A stretch of DNA of 49,934 bases, from assembly GCA_018657475.1 (NCBI GenBank), contig JABHXC010000022.1, positions 1 through 49,934 on the forward strand, read 5' to 3'. Source of the DNA: Candidatus Woesearchaeota archaeon. GTDB taxonomy: Archaea; Nanobdellota; Nanobdellia; Woesearchaeales; GW2011-AR9. A program made the position numbers and the translations under genes. The notes beneath the pieces are model-generated. The model searched no databases. It worked only from the letters and a program-made list of their open reading frames with translations, and was not told where the DNA came from. Below, one piece after another: positions 43,493 to 49,934 of this stretch (its first letter is position 1; the number at the start of each line of letters is the position of its first letter).

Positions 43493-44605
43493 ATGGGAAA
43501 TTTCAATAAATTAGGTTTGAAAAAGGAAATTCTTGAAGTTTTGTCTAGATTGAAATTTACTAATACGCTTGAAGTGCAAGATCAAATTGTACCTTTAGTA
43601 ATGAAAAGAAAAAATGTTGTTTTCACATCAAGAACAGGTAGCGGGAAAACTCTTGCTTACCTTTTAGGTTATTTAGGAAAAATTAATAAAAAACGAAATG
43701 CTCAAATGATTGTTCTGGTACCCACAAGAGAACTTTGTATTCAAGTTGGTAAAGAGATTAAAACATTTTGTGACATTTTAGGAATTAATGTTGGAATGCT
43801 TTACGGTGGTAGAGAAATTAAAGGTGATTACAGAACTTTAAACAAAAAAAATCAAATTATTGTAGCAACTCCAGGAAGATTAATTTTACACGTTAATGAC
43901 AAAAAGATTAAAGTTGGTGAAGTGAAATATTTAGTTTATGATGAGTCTGACCAGATGTTTGATCACGGATTTTATGATGATTGTTTATATTTGAAAGAAA
44001 GAATTAGCAATGATGCACAAATTGTATTATCATCAGCAACCATAACTAAAAAAGTTGATAATTTTATTAAAGAAGAAATAGTTGATTATGAATTATTACA
44101 AATTGGAAGTTTGATTCCTGAAAATATCTTACAAGAAAAGTTGTATTGTGAAAAAATAGAAAAAAATGAAATATTGTTAAATTTATTCTCAAAAAGGAAA
44201 TTTAAACGGGCCATGGTATTTTGTAACACTAAACAAAAATCGTATAACATTGCTCAATTTTTTCAAAAAAATAAATTTAATGCAAAATCGTTAAGCGGTG
44301 ATCTTGAGCATAAAGAAAGGCAGAACCATCTTAATTTGTTTAAAGCAGGAAAAATTAAAATTTTAGTGGCAACAGATGTTGCTTCTCGTGGTCTTCACAT
44401 TGAAACAGTTGACATAATCATAAATTATGATGTACCTACAAAAGAAGAATTTTATGTACACCGGATTGGAAGAACTGGAAGAGTTGATAAAAAAGGGTAT
44501 TCTTTAACACTTGTTTGTCCAGAAGATGTAAAAAGATTATCTGATATTGAATTAAAGTATGATCTGATAATTGAGGAAATAAATAAAAAATCTGCTTCTA
44601 ATTAG
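43493..44605 (+). CDS. DEAD-box RNA helicase (DESD variant)
   Basis: TGSGKT, PTREL, TPGR, DESD, SAT, HRIGRTGR. Confidence 0.95.
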   Translation: MGNFNKLGLKKEILEVLSRLKFTNTLEVQDQIVPLVMKRKNVVFTSRTGSGKTLAYLLGYLGKINKKRNAQMIVLVPTRELCIQVGKEIKTFCDILGINVGMLYGGREIKGDYRTLNKKNQIIVATPGRLILHVNDKKIKVGEVKYLVYDESDQMFDHGFYDDCLYLKERISNDAQIVLSSATITKKVDNFIKEEIVDYELLQIGSLIPENILQEKLYCEKIEKNEILLNLFSKRKFKRAMVFCNTKQKSYNIAQFFQKNKFNAKSLSGDLEHKERQNHLNLFKAGKIKILVATDVASRGLHIETVDIIINYDVPTKEEFYVHRIGRTGRVDKKGYSLTLVCPEDVKRLSDIELKYDLIIEEINKKSASN

Positions 44606-44617
44606 GCTTTCATCATT

Positions 44618-44642
44618 CACTGGACAACTGGACAACTGCAGG
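44618..44642 (+). repeat. Conserved motif copy 2 upstream of LAGLIDADG gene
   Basis: CACTGGACAACTGGACAACTGCAGG; starts 59 nt before the start codon, as copy 1 does. Confidence 0.8.
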
Positions 44643-44676
44643 GAAAACATTTAAATTAATTCATCTTATTAAATTT

Positions 44677-45330
44677 GTGATAGAACTTAATGAAGAAATT
44701 TGTGAATTTATAGGGGCTTTAATTGGTGATGGTTATATTGGTAATTATGGTTCAAGAAAGCAGCAATATCTTATTGGGTTGGTTGGACACAATAAACTGG
44801 ACAAAAATTACTTTGTAGATTATCTTTATCCTTTAATTAAGAGAAATTTTAATTTTGTAAATCCACATATTTATTATAGATCTGATGAGAATACTATTCG
44901 CTTGGTTATTTATTCTAAGCGTTTGTTTATGTTTCTTACGTCTCTTGGAATGCCAATAGGCAAGAAGTCAAGAATCATTAAAATTCCTCAAAAGATTTTA
45001 GAAAAAGAAAGTCATATTTGTGCAACAATAAGAGGAATTTTTGATACAGATGGTTGTGTTTTTTTGGATCGTCGTTTGAAATATAAACAACCTTATCCTC
45101 GTTTGGTGCTTCAATCAGCAAGTATTCCATTGATTGAACAGCTAGAAAATTATCTTGGGAACTATTTTACGCTTTATGTGAAAAAAAATAATCGAGATGG
45201 TTATAGGAATAATTTAGAGATTTATGGCCATCAACAGCTAGAAAGCTTTTTAAAGCGAATAGGTCTTTCGAATCAAAGACACCTGTCTAGGTGCCCCCAT
45301 GGCCTAGCGGTAAGGTTTTCACCTCGCTAA
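44677..45330 (+). CDS. Free-standing double-motif LAGLIDADG endonuclease-like protein overlapping tRNA-Thr
   Basis: EFIGALIGDG and TIRGIFDTDG; stop codon lies inside tRNA intron 1. Confidence 0.9.
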   Translation: MIELNEEICEFIGALIGDGYIGNYGSRKQQYLIGLVGHNKLDKNYFVDYLYPLIKRNFNFVNPHIYYRSDENTIRLVIYSKRLFMFLTSLGMPIGKKSRIIKIPQKILEKESHICATIRGIFDTDGCVFLDRRLKYKQPYPRLVLQSASIPLIEQLENYLGNYFTLYVKKNNRDGYRNNLEIYGHQQLESFLKRIGLSNQRHLSRCPHGLAVRFSPR

Positions 45331-45405
45331 ATGGCGTTAGAACAATAGTTCCGCTAAACCTTGGTAAGGTAGAGATCCCGGGTTCAATTCCCGGTGGGGG
45401 CTCCA
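45293..45405 (+). tRNA. tRNA-Thr(GGT) with two 19-nt introns: 20/21 (45312-45330) and 28/29 (45339-45357); CCA encoded
   Basis: AGCG-GT|A AGGT TTTC ACCT CGCT-AA|A and GGCG-TT|A GAAC AATA GTTC CGCT-AA|A; spliced arm TTACC TTGGTAA GGTAG. Confidence 0.93.
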
Positions 45406-45413
45406 TTTTTACT

Positions 45414-46238
45414 ATGGTAGAACTTCCTGAAAAGTTAAGAGATGAACTTAAAACGGTAATTGACATTATTCGGGAAGCCGGAGAAGTTTTACTTTCTTAT
45501 CAAGATACTAATAACGTGAAAAAGAAAGAAGATGGAACTTATGTTACAGAAGCTGATCATGCTGTATCTTCATTTATTCATAAAAACCTTGCATCAAGAT
45601 TTCCAGAATATGGTTATGTTGATGAAGAATTAACTCCATCTGAAGAAGAATTACAAAAAGAGTTTTGTTGGGTTATTGATCCATTAGATAGCACGCGAGA
45701 TTTTGTTGAAGGAAGGGACGGTTTTTCAATCATTATTGGTTTGTTACATAAAGGTAAACCAGTATTAGGAGTAGCTTATCAACCACAACAAGAAGTATTA
45801 TATTATGCTGTTAAAGGAGAAGGAGCTTATGTTGTAAGGTTTGGTAAAACATTAAAGTTACAAGTTTCACAAGATAAAACATTACGTTTAGTTATTACTC
45901 GTTCTAGAAAAGTAGCAGCAGAGACGACATGGTTAAGAGAAGTATTACATCCTGTATCTTTAGTAAGAAAAGGTGGTTCATTAAAAATTGTTGATGTAGC
46001 TACGGGAATGGCAACATTATTCTTAATTTTACCTGTTGGAGTGATGTCTGTATGGGATTTATGTGGGACAACAATCATTTTAGAAGAAGCCGGTGGTACT
46101 ATCACAGACTTTACTGGAGAATCATTAAATTTTTTAACTTTAAAACATACTAAAGGTATACTAGCATCAAACTCAATAGGGCATGAAATGTTAGTACAAA
46201 AATTACAAGATGCTGAAAGAAATCACAAAGAAAATTAA
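45414..46238 (+). CDS. Inositol monophosphatase / CysQ-like phosphatase
   Basis: VTEAD, DEE, WVIDPLDST, WDL; true start at ATG 45414 after the tRNA. Confidence 0.9.
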   Translation: MVELPEKLRDELKTVIDIIREAGEVLLSYQDTNNVKKKEDGTYVTEADHAVSSFIHKNLASRFPEYGYVDEELTPSEEELQKEFCWVIDPLDSTRDFVEGRDGFSIIIGLLHKGKPVLGVAYQPQQEVLYYAVKGEGAYVVRFGKTLKLQVSQDKTLRLVITRSRKVAAETTWLREVLHPVSLVRKGGSLKIVDVATGMATLFLILPVGVMSVWDLCGTTIILEEAGGTITDFTGESLNFLTLKHTKGILASNSIGHEMLVQKLQDAERNHKEN

Positions 46239-47154
46239 ACAAACAATTGATTCTTATTCAACTACTGATCAGCTTGTTTTTCAAAATCAAGTAATTCCTA
46301 TTCAACAAGGTTATTTTACTTCTTTAGTTGGTAATGGGGTTAAAAAGATTACTTTTATTGATGGTGGACAAGCAGAAATTTTGTCTGCAGCAAATTTTTG
46401 TTTAGGGTTTGTTAGGTTAGCTGCAGCGACATACCAAGGAATCACTTTAATTGATCAGAAAATCATAGAATTTTATGTTTTTGTAAAAGCAGTTTATCAC
46501 GCAAATGAGATTTATTATCAAAGTACATTATTTCCTGTAACTGGAAAATTATTATTTTCTGCAGAAGATTTGTTTATTTCTTCACATGATTCAACTATTA
46601 AAAATGGAACTGAACGAGCAGCTTTACAGAAAGTTGTTGGAATGGCAAGAAGGTTTGGTGAACTTACTTTAGCTGCTTCTTTTGATAATGAAATTGTTGT
46701 TTTAGATGGTACATTAGATGCTACTTATAAAAATGAAAATAAATTTTTATCTTTACTTTCTGAACAAGTTTCCGCTTTAGCAAAGTCATCTTCTTTGTTT
46801 ACTATCTCAGGTAATTCACCAATGATTTTTTTAAACAAAATAGGTCCTGAAAATGAATGTTGGAGTTATTTTGTTACTGGGAAAACTTATTTTGTTAAAT
46901 TACATCCAATAGCAAAACATATTTTTAGGTTTACTGGAAGGAAAGATGTATTATCGTCATTAGTAAAATTAAGTAGTGATGCAGTATTTTTAGGGTATCC
47001 TTACGGGTTAATTGTTGCAGATAAACTGGCTAGAGTAAGTAATGCTGAAAAAAGTTCATTACAAATGCAGTTTTTATTAAAAGAAGAGAACAAAGATATT
47101 GTTTCTTATTTAAGCACACAAAATGTTCATGATATATTGGATAGATTAGGGTAA
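46210..47154 (+). CDS. NurA-like nuclease
   Basis: FIDGG, VLDGTL, GYPYGLIVADKLA. Confidence 0.75.
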   Translation: MLKEITKKIKQTIDSYSTTDQLVFQNQVIPIQQGYFTSLVGNGVKKITFIDGGQAEILSAANFCLGFVRLAAATYQGITLIDQKIIEFYVFVKAVYHANEIYYQSTLFPVTGKLLFSAEDLFISSHDSTIKNGTERAALQKVVGMARRFGELTLAASFDNEIVVLDGTLDATYKNENKFLSLLSEQVSALAKSSSLFTISGNSPMIFLNKIGPENECWSYFVTGKTYFVKLHPIAKHIFRFTGRKDVLSSLVKLSSDAVFLGYPYGLIVADKLARVSNAEKSSLQMQFLLKEENKDIVSYLSTQNVHDILDRLG

Positions 47155-47186
47155 TTCTTTTAAAGTAGGTTTATTCTTAGAAATTT

Positions 47187-48413
47187 ATGGGGATTTTTGA
47201 TTTTTTAAAAAAGAAAAAAGTAGAATCTGAACAGTTAAAATTTAATGAAGTAGCTAGTTGGCTTGAAAAAGAGTTTAGTAAAGAAATGGAGATTTTTAAC
47301 CAAAACATTTCTTCATTAAAAGAAAAAATAATTGAAGAGAAAAATAAGACAGAACAACATTTGCAAAAACTTGCTGTAGAGGTGTTAAAAAATGAAAAGA
47401 TACCTGAACGTGCAAAGCAAATGATGGAAGGAAACAGAACTACATATTTACAAAAAGTAAGAGGGTTACTTTCTCAAATAAACCCTCCTGAAAATTATCC
47501 TGAATATGAACAGTTCTTTGTTACTATTGAGAAAGATTTTGATGATTTTGGTAAAGCAACATTAAGAAACTATCAGATTTTACGTGAATTTTTTAGTAAT
47601 GATATTTCTGCTATTGCACGGAATTTGAAAAAATTTAATGAATTACTAAAAGAAATGAAACAAATTGTTATTAAAACTAATATTAATGGAATTATCTTGT
47701 TACAAAATTCTGTTAGAGAATTAATTGTACAACGACAAAGGAAAGAAGAAAATAAAATTAAAGTATTAGAGCTTAAAGAAACAGTTAGTAAAAATGAAAT
47801 TGGTGTACAAAAGATTCAAAAAAAAATTGTTGGCTTAAAAAATGGTGAGATTTATTCTAAACATTTGAACTCTATTAAAGAAAAAGAAAAATTGGAATTA
47901 CAAAGAAGAAATCTTACTAATAGTGTTTTTCAATCATTTTCTGTAATCTCTGCTGGATTAAAAAAGTATGAACGAGTTACTTTAGATGGATCCGTAGTTA
48001 AAGCATATAACTCTAATCCTATATCTGCTCTTTTAGAAGATAAAGAATTGCAGATCATAACGGTTCTTGCGAAAATGAAGGGTGCTTTAAATAAGTTAGA
48101 CTTGAAAGAAAAGAAGCATGTTAAAGTTGAACAAGGGATTAATGTGTTCACTAAAGAGTATCTTCAAGATTTTCTTGTAAAATATGGGCGTTTTAGTAAT
48201 CAGTTAAATGAAGTTGAGAATGTGATTAATTCGGCTTCAATAGTTACAGAACTTGTTTCTTTAGAAGATGATTTGCGAAAAGAACAAATGATTTTACAAA
48301 ATATTCAAGAAAAAGTTTCATTATTAGAAGCAATTAAAGAAGATGATAGTATTGAAGAATTGTCTTCTAGGATTTCTAAACAGTTTGGGAAAGAAATTGT
48401 GATTGTAGTTTGA
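47187..48413 (+). CDS. Coiled-coil hypothetical protein
   Basis: MGIFDFLKKK start; K/E-rich heptads. Confidence 0.7.
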   Translation: MGIFDFLKKKKVESEQLKFNEVASWLEKEFSKEMEIFNQNISSLKEKIIEEKNKTEQHLQKLAVEVLKNEKIPERAKQMMEGNRTTYLQKVRGLLSQINPPENYPEYEQFFVTIEKDFDDFGKATLRNYQILREFFSNDISAIARNLKKFNELLKEMKQIVIKTNINGIILLQNSVRELIVQRQRKEENKIKVLELKETVSKNEIGVQKIQKKIVGLKNGEIYSKHLNSIKEKEKLELQRRNLTNSVFQSFSVISAGLKKYERVTLDGSVVKAYNSNPISALLEDKELQIITVLAKMKGALNKLDLKEKKHVKVEQGINVFTKEYLQDFLVKYGRFSNQLNEVENVINSASIVTELVSLEDDLRKEQMILQNIQEKVSLLEAIKEDDSIEELSSRISKQFGKEIVIVV

Positions 48414-48420
48414 AGTGAAA

Positions 48421-49023
48421 TTATTTATTTTGGAGTAGGGATAAAACTTTTTCAAACTCTTCTGCTTGAATAATTGCATCTTCTAGGGCATTGTGTGGTA
48501 AGTCTTCTCCTCTAATTCCTAATTCAACAATATGTGATTGAACAGAACCAGTAACTCCTCGATACATAGAATTGATATCTTCTCCAGTGTGACCAAAAGG
48601 ATTATTTCCATCATAGAAATTATCAAAATACCATGAAGTAAACATTCCATCAAACTTAATTGGAGCTGCAGCTGCAACAGGTTTGAACCCTTCTGTTACT
48701 TTTCTTGTCCAGTCTGCGTATTCTTGCATTACTTTACTTGGTTCATCACCTTTCTCTTGAAGAACTTCTAACACTTTTTTAGCGTTAAATTTTTCACTTT
48801 CTGGATCAAATTCTGGATTATGTTTTAAATCATCTAAACATCTTAATCCTTTAGCACCTACCCTCATAGCAGAAACAATATGATTTTGATTAAGTGGTTT
48901 TATTTCTCTATAGAACTGTGTTGAAGTATCTCCGACAACACATGCGCCAAGGGATAACATTGAATATTTTCCTGGAGTTGGGCCTGAAGCTTCAATATCA
49001 AATGAAATATATTTTTTTTCCAT
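48421..49023 (-). CDS. DEDDh 3'-5' exonuclease
   Basis: FDIEASG, FD, HNALEDA. Confidence 0.88.
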   Translation of the reverse strand: MEKKYISFDIEASGPTPGKYSMLSLGACVVGDTSTQFYREIKPLNQNHIVSAMRVGAKGLRCLDDLKHNPEFDPESEKFNAKKVLEVLQEKGDEPSKVMQEYADWTRKVTEGFKPVAAAAPIKFDGMFTSWYFDNFYDGNNPFGHTGEDINSMYRGVTGSVQSHIVELGIRGEDLPHNALEDAIIQAEEFEKVLSLLQNK

Positions 49024-49088
49024 ATTAATTAGGTATTTGATTTTATTTTAAAACTTATGATTTAATATTGAGTTATATGAATAAAGAG

Positions 49089-49207
49089 CGCCAGCGCCCG
49101 GATTTGAACCGGGATATCCCGAAGGAAACAGGAGTTCAGTCAATCTAGGTTCCAGTCTTACGCCTTCTAAAAGAAGTCTGCGCAGTACCAGATTGTGCCA
49201 CGCTGGC
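49089..49207 (-). tRNA. tRNA-Ser(GGA) with two introns: 29/30 (49158-49177) and about 37/38 (49135-49149)
   Basis: GCCAGCG/CGCTGGC acceptor, long variable arm; BHB GCGC-AG|A...GCGT-AA|G; second intron boundaries ambiguous (GAAC repeat). Confidence 0.88.
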
Positions 49208-49232
49208 TTGAACTTGATCAGAACAAAGCTCT

Positions 49233-49916
49233 TTATAAATTTAATGTTGCTTTAAGAGTTTCTGTCTTCTTCTTGTGATAAAAACCAATAATCTTGTAAT
49301 ATCTTTCTCTTGCACTTTTTTGATTAATGGAAATAATGTGAACTTTTGAATAGGTTTCTTGTTTGGGCTGATATTTATAGTTACAATGATTTATTTGAAA
49401 CTCAGAAAGAAGATTTGAAATATTTTTCATTCCATTTTCATTCACTGTTTGAACCCTAATTGTCTTTTTTCCAACATATGCTTCTGCTGAGAAAAATGCT
49501 CTCAGCCAATTTATTTTTGATTCTTGACAAGTAAGAATAGAGTTTGGGAGGTTCCAGTTATGAGTATCAAACTTTGCAAGTTTTAAAAGGTCAGTAACGA
49601 TTAATTTGGAAGTTTTTCTAACTGCAAAATAATTCTTTAATTTTTTTGTAGAGGGATTTTTTAAGTAAACTTTGTTTAATGCGTCAATATATACATCTTT
49701 CATTAACTCATCATCAGGAAAAAAATCTAATTGATAATGATTATAACTCTTTTCTCTTCTAACTTGCACACTTCCATCTCCAGCGAGAAAACCACATAAC
49801 ATTGCTTTTAAGATTCTTGTTTCTTCATTTTGTATCATTGCTGCTTTTTCTTTAGCAATTTTACTCTTCCAACGGGAATCAGCAATTTTCTTATTTCTTT
49901 TAGACAAATCTAACAT
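49233..49916 (-). CDS. Free-standing double-motif LAGLIDADG endonuclease-like protein
   Basis: MLCGFLAGDG and WLRAFFSAEA; ends 25 nt before tRNA-Ser. Confidence 0.88.
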   Translation of the reverse strand: MLDLSKRNKKIADSRWKSKIAKEKAAMIQNEETRILKAMLCGFLAGDGSVQVRREKSYNHYQLDFFPDDELMKDVYIDALNKVYLKNPSTKKLKNYFAVRKTSKLIVTDLLKLAKFDTHNWNLPNSILTCQESKINWLRAFFSAEAYVGKKTIRVQTVNENGMKNISNLLSEFQINHCNYKYQPKQETYSKVHIISINQKSARERYYKIIGFYHKKKTETLKATLNL

Positions 49917-49934
49917 TTTTATTAATTTTAAATG

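Noticed and set aside
44797..44805. Single ACTGGACAA match inside a LAGLIDADG ORF
   Set aside because: One short match in coding sequence is compatible with chance.
41936..45330. LAGLIDADG ORFs as inteins or encoded within tRNA introns
   Set aside because: No Cys/Ser start or HN end splicing motifs and no host exteins; the tRNA introns are only 15-74 nt long.
45291..45413. N-terminal extension of the IMPase ORF in the track
   Set aside because: It is a translation of the tRNA-Thr gene; the real start is ATG 45414.

Overview
AT-rich archaeal chromosomal window, most consistent with a DPANN/Woesearchaeota-like lineage (inferred from archaeal Spt5/SecE/FtsZ, Taw1, TrmB, NurA-like nuclease, class III pilin and BHB-type tRNA introns). 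Housekeeping genes (ftsZ-secE-spt5, SlyD, cmk, smc, intein-containing gyrB, taw1, hppA, DEAD-box helicase, IMPase/CysQ) are mixed with accessory genes. The main unexplained structure is at 41.9-49.9 kb: three divergent free-standing double-motif LAGLIDADG genes, each directly upstream of and co-oriented with a tRNA gene carrying two introns (Leu-TAA, Thr-GGT, Ser-GGA). Two of these modules share a 25-bp motif exactly 59 nt before the start codon and a 10-mer just before the tRNA, and one ORF stops inside a tRNA intron. Other highlights: a peptidase + radical SAM/SPASM + Cys/Asp-rich precursor (RiPP-like) cluster with a frameshift inside the CX3CX2C motif; tRNA-Arg with a 74-nt T-loop intron; a probably inactive endonuclease V coupled to two proteins sharing a repeated GxL[SA]L tail; and bacterial-type RsbW-like and tandem Fis-HTH proteins. 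All family calls come from motif reading by eye; no database search was run.
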